Positions 41,630-54,709 of a stretch of 64,000 bases of DNA are shown here, one piece after another (within the stretch, counting starts at the first letter, position 1; every line of letters begins with the position of its first letter). The position numbers and the translations under genes were made by a program. Under the pieces are notes generated by a model that did no database searches, was not told the origin of the DNA, and saw only the letters and a list, made by a program, of their open reading frames with translations. Source of the stretch: Macrostomum lignano (lineage: Eukaryota); contig NIVC01003097.1 of the NCBI GenBank assembly GCA_002269645.1, forward strand, positions 1 through 64,000. Direction: 5' to 3'.

Positions 41630-41960
41630 TTGTGAAGGTCTTCATGCAGCAGTTGAAAGCATCCTATTGCTGGGACAGAAAGTAGGGCAAGAATCCATCC
41701 TTCCATAGCAGCCCGGCCACACTCCTGGGGCATAGCGCCGGAAGACCCTGTCAAAATGGCTATTGAGAGCTATAGAATCTGGCCCACTGCCCAGTGTGGT
41801 GGCCTGCCGAAGGAACGCAAATAGAACAACACTCGATATATGCTCTGCTACTGGGCTAGGACTAGACAGACTGCCTCGCTGGCAGTGCGAAATTCTAAAT
41901 AGCGACAGAGATCCTGACTCCTGAAGGAGCTGAGGCGAGCTTGAACTTCATTTCAAAGAT
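41630..41960 (+). mobile_element. Possible decayed RTE-like LINE fragment
   Basis: gca gca gtt gaa agc atc cta ttg ctg gga gives AAVESILLLG, close to the RTE-type motif AAVESILLYGxExW. The frame is broken and the boundaries are approximate. Confidence 0.35.
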
Positions 41961-43479
41961 GATTATGCTGACACGGCAGCAATATCACCTGAGGAGAGAT
42001 GAATCCGAATCAAGAGTGCTGTGGATAGAAACTGTTCAACTTTGGATGGAGTGGACTAGGTTACTTTAAAATCATTTGCGCTTGGATGCTTATTATAAAT
42101 ACTTTATCAGCTTCTTAGCTCTAGAATCTGAGCAAGGACTGCTAGACTAGAAGGACGCAACGCTTGCAAATGGTGCAAAAATAGTTAAAGGCGATTATTG
42201 AAATGTCCGTATCTCCGAATCGATCGCATGTAGAAGTTACTTTTTTTCGACATGTTCAGATTTTTCTCCCCTACAAGAAAGTAATTAATTTTGTTTCCCA
42301 CTAGATGTAGATGCAAGAAAATCCTGTACAATGGAGACACACCTACATTTTGGGGCGGTTTTGGCATTCAAGTCTTTAAGTTTCGGAGGCATTTTATAAA
42401 GTAGCCGAAAACTTAGGCGCAATTTTTTGTTAGTTAAGATAGCTGGGGTTATTCCTAGTTAGAAATCAAATAGGTCTAGGCCTTTTAAGTATTATTTACA
42501 ATAGGCCGCCAGTCCATAAGCATAGCATAGTCATAGGCCTATAGTCATAAGTAATGCAAAAGCTGTAATAATCTAATAATACGACTAAGCCATAAAATGA
42601 TACAATAGAGCTAAGTGTTTCTGGTTACACTCAAAATTTTTGAAAGAGATGGCCTTTGCAAACACCACATATCATGTTGAAAACCATGCAATTCTATCTA
42701 TATGTATACGACAACGAAAACTATTCTTACACGAATCGAGAGTGTAACGAGACGTCCTATAACGAAGTGTTCCTAGAGGTCTTTGGATCTGAGTCCGACT
42801 CAACTTCTTTCCGGCACTCCTAAGTGATGCACACCTATGGAAGACACACGTTCCCTTTCGAACCGAGATCTTAATGAATTGCACCGAAAAAGCTCTTCTG
42901 CCTTAGGCGGAGGTATCCTCAAAGCAATCTCAGTCAACTTCAGTGCAAACCGTCAACAATCCCACAGAGAAAAATTGACAAGGGCTCCCAGAGCAACAAG
43001 GGCAGGAGCCTTGCCAACAGGCGACTTCCATATATGGTAGGCAGCTTTCTCCCTCTGGCCGCTTCCGTCGAGCAGCAGCTAATCCGCTGACTTGCCGCTT
43101 CCACCGGTCTCTAATGAGCTGGGAGAACACAACTTCCCTTTTTCCTCCGAGTATCCTTCCGAGCACAAGTTCTCACTTCCTCCTCGTTAAAAGTTGGTTT
43201 TGACTTGGTAACCAAGCCTCTGGCTAAATCTTTGATGCTGGCCGATTAAACCATTCTATCAAGACTGCGATTTTTCCTTTACGAAAAGAGCCACTGCAAC
43301 TCAACTCGCGCCAAAACAGAGGTGCCTACGAATCGTAATACATGTAAATTGATCCAGTCCTTATACTCGTATAGCACTCACTGTACTCTTCAATTTACAT
43401 AAGCCAAAATATTCGAATCTAGCTTTTTAAGCACTAACTTTTTTAACTGCACTTCAGTAGACATTCAAGCCCCCCACCG

Positions 43480-43670
43480 AACTCTCCCAACCCCTCCCTA
43501 CTGAACTCTCAACCCCTCCATACTGAATCCTCAACCCCTCCCTACTGAACTCTCAACCCCTCCATACTGAATCCTCAACCCCCCATACTGAACTCTCAAC
43601 CCCTTCTTACTGAATCCTCAACCTCTCGTCACCCCAGCCTCTCGTCACCCAGCCTCTCGTCTCCCCAGCC
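43480..43670. repeat. ~22-bp tandem repeat (AACCCCTCCCTACTGAACTCTC)n plus a short 15-bp repeat
   Basis: Direct inspection; lies next to the GPCR exon 1 donor. Confidence 0.8.
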
Positions 43671-43713
43671 TCTCCAATGACCCGAAGTCGCGTGCCACCA
43701 CCAAGTTGCTCAC

Positions 43714-44424
43714 CCTCAGCACTACAACGGATGCCCCAAACGTTGATGAAGACTTCAGAATGCGGAACACAACCGCGCCGTAGAAGAAGACCAGCAGGAT
43801 GACGGGAATGTACAGGGCCACAGTACGCTGCACCAGACCGGCAACCATGTCCTGGTAGATTGGGTGGCCGCACTTGCCGTAGCCTTCCCTAGCCCGGAAA
43901 CCGGACGCGATCGCCCAGACCGGAAAGGTGGCCACGCACCTAGCCGCGGTGAACGCCCAGACTCCGATGCACAGCCGAATCTGATTGGCTCGGTGCATCC
44001 AGCGCTTGTGGGTGAACACAAAATTCGTGGCTAGAAATCGGTCAAATGCCACCGTCGTGACGCTCAACATGCTGACGTTGGTGCTCAGGTAATCCACGGT
44101 GATCCAAAGGTCGCAGGACCATTTTGGCAGCGGCCAGCCGCCGCAGAGGGTCTGCACCAGGTAGCCGGGCAGTGCCAGTAGCCCGATCAGCACGTCGCTG
44201 CTCACCATCAGGCCGACGATGAACACGTGACCGGGGACGCGCCTGACCGACCTGTCGCGAAGGAACACAGTCAGGATGGCCAGGTTCACTGCGGCGATGT
44301 AAGCGGACAGGCCGGCGCCGAGGCTGCCGTACAGGGCTCGCTCGCCAGCCGAGTACAGGCTGCTACTGGAGCAGGATTCGAACTGGCGACCTTCACCGCT
44401 TGAAGTAGAATTTGACTCGTTCAT
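43714..44424 (-). CDS. Muscarinic-like class A GPCR, exon 1 (N-terminus to TM5)
   Basis: ATG AAC GAG (MNESNSTS, N-glycosylation sequons). TM3 CDLWITVDYLSTNVSMLSVTTVAFDRF aligns without gaps to muscarinic CDLWLALDYVxSNASVMNLLxISFDRY (D3.32, N3.37). Donor AGG|gtgagc is phase 0, matching exon 2. Confidence 0.9.
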
Positions 44425-44899
44425 TTGTTGTCGTTCTATCTCACCTGATATGAGAATTTCAATCTGCGCAGAGGGCAGCTGCAATGCCTCATACTTTTGG
44501 CGGCTTACGCTCGTACGATCTTTTAAGTTGCATTTCTCTCATTCTTTGTCCGGGGCCCAATCTCCTGGGAGCTGAGGGACGCGCGAACCAATGGCCACAG
44601 CAGAGGAGACAGCTGGGGCTCTGTGTGCAACTTTGGTTTTTTAATACGAGGTTTCAAGTTGTGCTCAAGTCGGCTAAAAGCACTGAAAAAAGAAAGCAAT
44701 TCCTGCTGCAATTGATGGCGGAAATGTTGGCAGCAAATCGGAAAGGCATCAGGCCATTGACAAGGTGTTGACACAGAGAAAAGAAATGGACGAACTTGTG
44801 ACTCAATGCCTTCACCTTGGAATTTCTCGACCTAGATTCAAATCCCAGTGCACACGTATGCGTTTGTCCTGACTGTCCTTCCCTGACTGTCCTCACACT

Positions 44900-46485
44900 G
44901 GCTCAGCATATAGTACACGGTGTGACACATTGAATCAGCATGTAGTACACGGTGTGACACATTGAATCAGCATGTAGTACACGGTGTGATACACTGGCTC
45001 AGCATGTAGTACACGGTGTGACACACTGGCTCAGCATGTAGTACACGGTGTGACACATTGAATCAGCATGTAGTCACGGTGTGAGATATTGAATCAGTAT
45101 GTAGTACATAGGGTGACACATTGAATCTTCATGTAGTTCATACATTGTGTGACACATTGAATCAGCATGTAGTACACGGTGTGATACACTGGCTCAGCAT
45201 GTAGTCACGGTGTGACGCATTGAATTATCATGTAGTCCATACATAGTGTGACACATTGAATCATCATGCAGTACATGGTGTGACACATTCATTGAATCAG
45301 CATGTAGTACACGGTGTGATACACTGGCTCAGCATGTAGTACACGATGTGACACATTTAATCAGCATGTAGTCACGGTGTGACACATTGAATTATCATGT
45401 AGTTCATCCATAGTGTGACACATTGAATCAGCATGTAGTACACGGTGTGACATGTTGAATCAGCATGTAGTACACGGTGTGACACATTGAATCATCATGT
45501 AGTCACGGTGTGATACACTGGCTCAGCATGTCGAGCGCGCCGACCTGCTGGCCAAGGCTGGCTCCGCCGGCGCGCTGCTGGGGCCGGGCCCGGGGGCCCC
45601 CATCCCCGCCTCGGTGATCAACTCCCGCGTTAAGCGCTGGGCTGACTCCGAGCATCTCCGCAGGTGGCACGACACCTGGAATTGTAGGCAATCCCGGGCG
45701 GCCGTCCCCTGCCCCTCCCCTCTCCTGCGTAGAGCCCTCCTCAGGCTCAACCGCAGAGACCTCAGAGCAGTTAGCATGGCCCTCTCCGGGCATGGCTGCT
45801 TCTCTCGCCACCGCTTCCTTCAGGGCCAGGTACCCGAGGAGCGGTGCCCCTTCTGCCGCTCAGGCAGTGAAAACGCCGAGCATTTTATCTGCCACTGCCC
45901 GGTTTTCACCAGGGCCAGGCTCACTCACCTCGGGCCAAACCCGGTTCTCTCCGACGTTTGCAGGCCCGAGAGCATCCCGCTGCTCGCCCGGTACCTCAGG
46001 GACACGGGACGAGCCGATTTTTTCCCCACTGTCGGTGAGGAGGATCGCGCTGCAGGCGAGACCGACGGGTCCCCCTGAGCGACTTCACTTCAACGGAAGT
46101 CATTGGTCGCCAGGGGCTAGCGGAATGGGCGGTCTCCTCCGCCTCCCCGCTGCATCCGCCGGACGCCCCCTGCAGCTAAGTCAAGTAAGTCAAGGCTCAG
46201 CATGTAGTACACGATGTGACACATTTAATCAGCATTTAGTCACGGTGTGACACATTGAATTATCATGTAGTTCATCCATAGTGTGACACATTGAATCAGC
46301 ATGTAGTACACGGTGTGACATGTTGAATCAGCATGTAGTACACGGTGTGACACATTGAATCATCATGTAGTCACGGTGTGACATATTGAATCAGCATGTA
46401 GTACACGGTGTGTCACACTAGCTCAACTACATGCTGAGTACACGGTGTGACACACTAGCTCAGCATTTAGAACACGGTGTGACAC
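44900..46485. repeat. ~32-bp satellite (GTAGTACACGGTGTGACACATTGAATCAGCAT)n interrupted by the LINE
   Basis: Direct inspection; a ~190-bp higher-order block is repeated on both sides of the insertion. Confidence 0.92.
45532..46193 (+). mobile_element. 5'-truncated non-LTR retrotransposon (RNase H-bearing, I/R1/LOA-type) 3' fragment
   Basis: Encodes ERADLLAKAG (RNase H end) and SGHGCF...CPFC...ENAEHFICHCP (C-terminal zinc knuckle). The ORF stops at 46078 and the element has a (TAAGTCAAG)-type tail. It is flanked by the direct repeat GGCTCAGCATGT at 45520-45531 and 46194-46205. Confidence 0.88.
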
Positions 46486-47333
46486 AGTTGCTTTGCACAA
46501 TGAATATACAATGCAATTTTTATGCTTGAAAAAACAGCTCATTCACACTACTTTCAGTATAACTTTGTATCCCGCTAAGTGAAACTGAGACTACAGATCA
46601 AATCTGGTCAAAAAAATTGAGCGCCCCCGCAAACATCTGTTACAGGATATAATTTTCTGTCTGACGTGATGAACGGGCACACGGTTGGGGTGGCAGGTGG
46701 CAGGAAGCAAACTCACTGCTGCCGGGAGCTCTTAGAGAGGCGGATAACCTGCTAGATGAGCTTCCGTGCTCACATAGAGCAAGTACGACCCGAGGCGGGT
46801 GAGGAAGATCCACCGGCTGCAACAAGCCCGCTGCCTCTGTCCTCCCCTATAAGCTGCCTCATCTCTCACTAGCATTATCCTCCTTCCCCTCAATACTGCA
46901 ATGCCAGTCTCAATGATGATGCGTTGCAAGGCCCTCTCTCCCCTCTGTTTCTTGTCTCAATTTTCAGTCTACTAATCTCTCAATCGACCACTTTCCGCTC
47001 TCAGGTAAAAATGCTTTCGAGGCTGGGCAGAAAGATAGAGAGAAAGAGATGGAGAGAGGGAGAAATAGAGGGAGAGAGAAACTAATGAACGAGTCTGCAA
47101 CTACTTATTTCTGTCTGTCTCTTCATTGTGCAGTTAGTTAATTGTTCATCGCTTTTTTATTTTCCATTTTCCAGCCTCTGTCATCTCTCTCTTACCCTCC
47201 GCTCGTCTGTGCCGATTCTGTATATATGGAAAATATTGTTGTTTGTCTACAAACTACGAGTAAGAGGATAGGACTAAAAGAAAGGCGATAAATCTATTAG
47301 GTCTAGCTATCTTAGTAGGCCAGCCTGAGCACA

Positions 47334-47829
47334 ATGAGCAGCACTGCGGAGCAGAAACAGCGCCGGCGAATCGTTCTCGCTGGCAGCGGCCTCCTGACCG
47401 ACGCCCTGCTAGCCAAGCTCGCCGCTCTGCCGGACGATTTTCAACAGCCAGCGACGCGGCTGCCAGACGCCGATTCGCTGCAAGATCCGACGGCCGTGTC
47501 GGCGGCTCTGGCAGGAGCGGACGCCCTGTTCGTTGAGTTGCCAGCTGAACCGGCCGATCCTGACTGTCTGACACGCAGCCAGACGGCCGCCGTCAACCTG
47601 ATCGCCGGGGCTCGAGACGGCGGCGTTAGTCACGTAATCTGCTGCACGGCAGCTTCGCCGCTGCGCATCCTGGGCGTGTCAGCTCGAAGGATGGACGCCT
47701 GGGCCCAGGCTGAGCCGCTGTGGCGCGACTCCGGCCTGCCGGTCACCTACCTGGTGCTGCCGGTGCTGTATCAGGCCCTGCTGCAGGACTGCCTGCGGCC
47801 GAGGCGGATCGGGGGACACGCCTGCTTGG
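47334..47829 (+). CDS. nmral1: NmrA-like (NMRAL1/HSCARG-type atypical SDR) protein, exon 1
   Basis: ATG at 47334. Motifs LQDPTAVSAALAGADALF, GARDGGVSHVI and DSGLPVTYLVLP. Donor TTGG|gttggt, phase 1. Confidence 0.8.
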
Positions 47830-47864
47830 GTTGGTGCCGCTTGTGCTATGCCTTAGATAGGCCA

Positions 47865-48770
47865 TAGATTGGCCAAAGATAGGCCATAGATAGGCCATAG
47901 CTAGATGCCATAGCCAGGCCATAGCTAGATGCCATAGACAGGTTATAGCTACATGTAGATTCCATAGATAGGCCATAGCTAGACGTCATAGCTAAATTTC
48001 ATAGATAGGCCATAGCTACATTCCATAGATAGGCCATAGCTAGATTTCATAGATAGGCCATAGCTATATTTCATAGATAGGCCATAGCTACATTCCATAG
48101 ATAGGCCATAGCTAGACGTCATAGATAGGCTATAGCTAAATTTCATAGATAGGCCATAGCTAAATTTCATAGATAGGCCATAGCTACATTCCATAGATAG
48201 GCCATAGCTAGACGTCATAGATAGGCCATAGCTAGATGTCATAGATAAGCCATAGCTACATTCCAAAGATAGGCCATAGCTAGATGTCATAGATAGACAA
48301 TAGCCACATGTCATAAATAGGCCATAGCTAGATGCCATAGATAGGCCATAGCTAGACGTCATAGATAGGCCATAGCTACATGCCATAAATAGGCCATAGC
48401 TAGATGCTATAGCTAGATGCCAAACGGCCATAGCTAGACGTCATAGATAGGCCATAGCTACATGCCATAAATAGGTCATAGCTAGATGCTATAGCTAGAT
48501 GCCAAACGGCCATAGCTAGATGTCATAGATAGGCCATAGCTAAATTTCATAGATAGGCCATAGCTACATTCCATAGATAGGCCATAGCTAGACGTCATAG
48601 ATAGGCCATAGCTAGATGCCATAGATTGGTCATTGCTAGATGTCATAGATAGGCCATAGCTACATTCCATAGATAGGCCATAGCTAGACGTCATAGATAG
48701 GCCATAGCTAGATGTCATAGATAAGCCATAGCTACATTCCAAAGATAGGCCATAGCTAGATGTCATAGCT
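47865..48770. repeat. 24-bp minisatellite (CATAGATAGGCCATAGCTAGATGT)n in NmrA intron 1
   Basis: Direct inspection. Confidence 0.95.
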
Positions 48771-49326
48771 ATGGTCTTAGATGCCACGGATAGGCCTTGT
48801 TATTGTTACCACTCAGCATGGATAGAGTTAGCAGCTCTTGGTTGATCTCTGCCTCAAGGCGGGGCCCAACACGGCAGCAGCTACCAGTATATTTACCATA
48901 GACATCGCATCGGCATTCTAGTATGCAGAATATGCATATACATGCAACAGGCCTAAGGTATACTACAGATGAGTCAATCCGATCCAACAGCCTGTACTAG
49001 CTGTATTTCAGTGAATTTTGCTGTTTTTTTTAATTTAGCTACGTGATCGAAATCTCATTTCCTAAATGCTTCAAGAAGAAATTGACTTTTGAATTATTTA
49101 ACCAATTAGTTGAATATCCGCGTATTATTCTATCATTCGTTTTCTGATAGTTACTTTCCCGTTGACTTTTTAAAATAATTTCCAGAAAAGGATTCGCTGG
49201 TTGGTTTTCTGGTAAAATTTCAAAAAGTTTCCGGTTTTTTTTGAAGTTTCAATTCAACTTAAAAGAAATGATTTTCTAATAACTATTAATTAACTTCAAA
49301 TTAATTGTCTGATAACTTTTGCGCAG

Positions 49327-49517
49327 CAATTCCCTGCGGCGGCGAGCCAATCGACATGATGGACGCGGACGATATTGCCGAGATTGTGCTTAACTGTCTG
49401 CAGCTTGGCAACGGTTGCTATGGACGCTGCCTGCCCCTATCGGCCGGCAAGATTACTGTACAGCAGCTGGTGGAAATTCTCAGCCGAGAGTTGGGCGTTC
49501 ACGTCATCGATCAGAAG
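49327..49517 (+). CDS. nmral1: NmrA-like protein, exon 2
   Basis: Acceptor gcgcag|CA (phase 1) and donor AAG|gtgatg (phase 0). IPCGGEPIDMMDADDIAEIV...LSAGKITVQQLVEILSRELG resembles the NmrA C-terminal subdomain. Confidence 0.8.
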
Positions 49518-49724
49518 GTGATGCCGGAAGATCTGTCTTTTAATTTGCTTGAAAGAAATCATTAATCTGATAAGTGAGATAGCGGGGCAGGTTTTGAAAG
49601 CTGGCTGCGGGTGGCAGAGCGTGGCAATTATTGCTATTCCCCAGTCGCTAGGTATCAAGTCCAGACTGTTCTTTCTTTTCGAGTGAATCTGGTTTTATTA
49701 TCATGTTAAATGATTTTTTACCCA

Positions 49725-51085
49725 AGTTTATCCTCTTTCACACCCCAGTTTATCCTCCTTCACATTCCAGTTTATCCTCCTTCACATTCCAGTTTATCCT
49801 CCTTCACATCCCAGTTCATCCTCCTTCACATCTCAGTTTATCCTCCTTCACACCCGAGCTTATCCTCCTTCACACCCCAGCTTATCCTCCTTCACACCCC
49901 AGCTTATCCTCCTTCACACCCCAGCTCATCCTCCTTCACATCTCAGTTTATCCTCCTTCACACCCCAGCTCATCCTCCTTCACACCCCAGCTTATCCTCC
50001 TTCACAACCCAGCTCATCCTTCTTCACGTGTCAGTTTATCCTCCTTCACACCCGAGCTTATCCTCCTTCACACCCCAGCTTATCCTCCTTCACACCCCAG
50101 CTTATCCTCCTTCACACCCCAGCTTATCCTCCTTCACATCCCAGTTTATCCTCCTTCACACCCGAGCTTATCCTCCTTCACACCCCAGCTTATCCTCCTT
50201 CACACCCCAGCTTATCCTCCTTCACACCCCAGCTTATCCTCCTTCACACCCCAGCTTATCCTCCTTCACATCCCAGTTTATCCTCCTTCACACCCGAGCT
50301 TATCCTCCTTCACACCCCAGCTTATCCTCCTTCACACCCCAGCTTATCCTCCTTCACACCCCAGCTTATCCTCCTTCACACCCCAGCTTATCCTCCTTCA
50401 CATCCCAGTTTATCCTCCTTCACACCCAGCTCATCCTCCTTCACATCTCAGCTCATCCTCCTTCACACCCAACTCATCCTCCTTCACACCCAGCTCATCC
50501 TCCTTCACACCCCAGCTTATCCTCCTTCACACCCCAGCTTATCCTCCTTCACACCCCAGCTTATCCTCCTTCACATCTCAGTTTATCCTCCTTCACACCC
50601 CGGCTCATCCTCCTTCACACCCCAGCTTATCCTCCTTCACACCCCAGCTTATCCTCCTTCACACCCCAGCTTATCCTCCTTCACATCTCAGTTTATCCTC
50701 CTTCACACCCCGGCTCATCCTCCTTCACACCCCAGCTTATCCTCCTTCACACCCCAGCTTATCCTCCTTCACACCCTAGCTTATCCTCCTTCACATCCCA
50801 GTTTATCCTCCTTCACACCCAGCTCATCCTCCTTCACATCTCAGCTCATCCTCCTTCACACCCAACTCATCCTCCTTCACACCCAGCTCATCCTCCTTCA
50901 CACCCGGCTCATCCTCCTTCACACCCAACTCATCCTCCTTCACACCCGGCTCATCCTCCTTCACACCCGGCTCATCCTCCTTCACACCCAGCTTATCCTC
51001 CTTCACACCCGGCTCATCCTCCTTCACACCCGGCTCATCCTCCTTCACACCCGGCTCATCCTCCTTCACACCCAGCTCATCCTCC
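49725..51085. repeat. 22/21-bp minisatellite (CAGCTTATCCTCCTTCACACCC)n in NmrA intron 2
   Basis: The unit shifts from 22 to 21 bp toward the 3' end. Confidence 0.95.
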
Positions 51086-51583
51086 ATGTTTATCCCATCT
51101 CAAATTTTGCTGAAGAGTTTATACCTCAGAAACAAATGAGTAGTCATATGTTGGCTTGTGAGAGCATTTAGCAGGGCAATGCATGGCAACTGTGTCCCCA
51201 CTGGAATATCAATAATATATTAGTCGCTGAAGTCAGATGGGATAGGATAGCTAACTCTTGTCAGAGGTTCTGGCTCCCCGCTGCACATACTAATGCCAGC
51301 TGATCGATAATACGAGGTCGACCCTGATCTTGTTAGAACAGGAGAAGCAACTGGTCTTCCTACCAAGAGCTTTTTGGCCTTTCTATAAGATCAGATGAAG
51401 AGCACATTGCTAATATACATGCTATACAGTACAGATTCCCCTTGTACAGATTTTTCCACTTGGTTTCGAATTCAGTCGGAATAGCTGGTCTAGTAGACTG
51501 GGGGAAATTGGGCAGTCTCGGCAATGAAATCTGTTTTAAAACTTTTCTTTTGTTATTAAAAATATGCACTATTTATCTCCTCC

Positions 51584-51785
51584 CCTGTCCCACTCTCACC
51601 TGTCCCACTCTCACCTGTCCCACTCTCACCTGTCCCACTCTCACCTGTCCCACTCTCACTTGTCCCACTCTCACCTGTCCCACTCTCACCTGTCCCACTC
51701 TCACCTGTCCCACTCTCACCTGTCCCACTCTCACCTGTCCCACTTTCACCTGTCCCACTCTCACCTGTCCTACTCTCACCTGTCT
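51584..51785. repeat. 15-bp minisatellite (TGTCCCACTCTCACC)n
   Basis: Direct inspection. Confidence 0.95.
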
Positions 51786-52179
51786 CTCACGACTCAATTC
51801 TCTTAATTTGTCTAATCCTTCGCCTTCTGCCTTGACCGGCTTTAGTTCATCCCCTCTCAGGGCCGCATGGAATAGTAACCAGATGCCAGCGCACATTGCA
51901 AGTAGATAAAAACGGTAGATAAGCCCTGAGGTCAAACAGTCTCTAAAAAACCGCTAATCTTGAATAAAATCTGAATCTTATAGAGACCGTCTTTCTGTAG
52001 CTATCGACTCGAACGCCGTTTATTCTTATAGTCAGCAACATCGTCATGTTTCGCCAACAGGGAGGGAAAAAAACAGGAGTTATGTTTCAAATATTCAAAT
52101 TCATTGTAGTACGGCGGATTTGAGTTATAAAAAGTTGATTTAAAAAGTGCAAATGCCTTTTTGTAAATGGTGGGGATGC

Positions 52180-53025
52180 AGAGACACAGTCAAGAAGATG
52201 CAGAGACACAAGTGATTAGATGCAGAGACACAGGTGATGAGATGCAGAGACACAGGTGATGAGATGTAGAGACACAGATGATGAGATGCAGAGACACAGG
52301 TGATGAGATGCAGACACACAGGGGATGAGGTGCAGACACACAGGTGATGAGATGCAGAGACACAGGTGATGAGATGCAGACACACAGGTGATGAGATGCA
52401 GACACACAGGTGATGAGGTGCAGAGACACAGGTGATGAGGTGCAGACACACAGGTGATGAGATGCAGAGACACAGGTGATGAGATGCAGAGACACAGGTG
52501 ATGAGATACAGAGACACAGGTGATGAGATGCAGACACACAGGTGATGAGATGCAGAGACACAGGTGATGAGATGTAGACACACAGGTGATGAGATGCAGA
52601 CACACAGGTGATGAGGTGCAGAGACACAGGTGATGAGATGCAGACACACAGGTGATGAGGTGCAGAGACACAGGTGATGAGGTGCAGACACACAGGTGAT
52701 GAGATGCAGAGACACAGGTGATGAGATGCAGAGACACAGGTGATGAGATACAGAGACACAGGTGATGAGATGCAGACACACAGGTGATGAGATGCAGACA
52801 CACAGGTGATGAGATGCAGAGACACAGGTGATGAGATGCAGAGACACAGGTGATGAGATGCAGACACACAGGTGATGAGATGCAGACACACAGTGATGAG
52901 ATGCAGACACACAGTGATGAGATGCAGACGCACAGGTGATGAGATGCAGACACACAGTGATGAGATGCAGACACACAGGTGATGAGATGCAGACACACAG
53001 GTGATGAGATGCAAAGACACAGGTG
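52180..53025. repeat. 22-bp minisatellite (GATGAGATGCAGAGACACAGGT)n
   Basis: Direct inspection. Confidence 0.95.
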
Positions 53026-53118
53026 AGGCGACTACAAGAGTGATAAGTGAAGCTTTAGCACCTGCTAAACTAATATGTGAGTTACATAAAATGCCATCAA
53101 TAAAAACAAATCCGGCAG

Positions 53119-53319
53119 ATCACGTGCGAGCAGCTGCGCTCCCGGGGCGATGCAGCTTCAATTGACCTCGGCAACGCCTTCGAGTTTGTGCTGCGAGTCG
53201 ACCAGCAGCTCAAGCGCTCGGTGGCTGAGCGCTACCTCGAGCCGCGTCGGCCCGTCGACTTTGCCGACTGGTGCGCCAGGAACCGCGAACAGCTTCTGGC
53301 TGCCCTTGAGCGACCGTGA
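53119..53319 (+). CDS. nmral1: NmrA-like protein, terminal exon (absent from the ORF track)
   Basis: Acceptor tccggcag|ATC, phase 0. Encodes ITCEQLRSPGDAASIDLGNAFEF...VDFADWCARNREQLLAALERP*, comparable to NMRAL1 ...DLANMFRFY...LDQWLEQHK. The three exons total 888 nt (295 aa). Confidence 0.8.
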   Translation: MTCEQLRSRGDAASIDLGNAFEFVLRVDQQLKRSVAERYLEPRRPVDFADWCARNREQLLAALERP

Positions 53320-53549
53320 CCCGACTTGACCTTTGCCGCGGCGGGAGCTGACGTTGCCGCTTCATTGCTCAGAATGAGCTCCATCAGAATTTTTGGTTAA
53401 CTAATGGAACACATTTGAAACCTAACTTTTTACAGTAAATATCACTGGAAAGAAATTTTAAAGGTCTGTACGCTTTATTTGATGCACAAATATAAGCATA
53501 TTTTCATTATATTGATATTAAAATTGCAATTAAGCTTAGTATAGAAGAA

Positions 53550-53890
53550 AGGGCCGGCTGTTCCAGTGTGCTGCACGGGGTGAGCTGAGTCTAGCAGAGA
53601 AGAGAAGGCCGGGTGTTTCAGTGTGCCGCACGGGATGAGCTGAGTCTAGTAGAGAAGAGAGGGCCGGGTGTTTCAGTGTGCCGCACGGGATGAGCTGAGT
53701 CTAGTAGAGAAGAGAGGGCCGGGTGTTTCAGTGTGCCGCACGGGATGAGCTGAGTCTAGTAGAGAAGAGAGGGCCGGGTGTTCCAGTGTGCCGCACGGGA
53801 TGAGCTGAGTCTAGTAGAGAAGAGAGGGCCGGGTGTTCCAGTGTGCCGCACGGGATGAGCTGAGTCTAGTAGAGAAGAGAGGGCCGGATG
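53550..53890. repeat. 55-bp tandem repeat, about 6 copies
   Basis: Unit GGCCGGGTGTTTCAGTGTGCCGCACGGGATGAGCTGAGTCTAGTAGAGAAGAGAG. Confidence 0.92.
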
Positions 53891-54709
53891 CTTCAGTTTG
53901 CCTCGGAGGATATTGTGAGCCAAAACTCCACAGAAGCTGTAGCAAGACTGTAACTAAATTTATAGTCCCAGCCAGCCGCAAGTTGCTCGCCAGCCTGACT
54001 CAAAAGAAGTGCAATTAGGCAAGCCGGATCTCCTTAAAGTACATCTGTGTAAGTTGAATCAGTAAAAGTGAACACCGAAGACAGGCAAGGAGACAAAACC
54101 TCGTTATTCAACCTTCATAGCTTTTCCAGATTACTTAAATAACTTATTAATCGATAATAAGTAAAATCATGCTCATATAGGTTCAAAAGCTCGATAATAC
54201 ATGTACTTGTGCATAAATTGCAGCCCAATTCGATGCCTTATTCCCGTGAAATTTGGATTTTTCGAATCTCAGCTGCACCTATAACCTGCGGTGACGATTA
54301 AATATTCATGAATCAAAATCGGGAATTTTATCGCGAATTGCAGCAATTTCTATTCGGTTTTTGCGCCTCGAGTGGCTGCAAGTATCCAACTCGAATTCAA
54401 GCTCAACTCAGAGCGATGAGCACGAATTCTCGGACGCTTGGTTATGGAATAATTTCGTGTTAATTATGCTAAATAATCCCTCTGATGGCGTCAAAAAGCA
54501 TTGATTTCCATTTTCTTCAGGGGACCTGCTGTAGCTATCATCGCCGACGGGCGATTCTTTCAGAGAATATTTCCGCATGAGTTTAGCAGACTCTTTCTTA
54601 GGTAACTTCTCAGAAAGTATCCAGTTATGTTCTAAAAAGGAAAGAGAGATTCTCGGGTGAGATTCCTAAATACGTACACTTGAATAGAGATTTCTAGATT
54701 AATATTCTC

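Noticed and set aside
42930-43166. Minus-strand MLGRILG... peptide and other faint LINE-like motifs (~6540-6740, ~8380-8560, ~39570-39660)
   Set aside because: The similarity to RT C-terminal motifs is too short and broken to support without a profile search.
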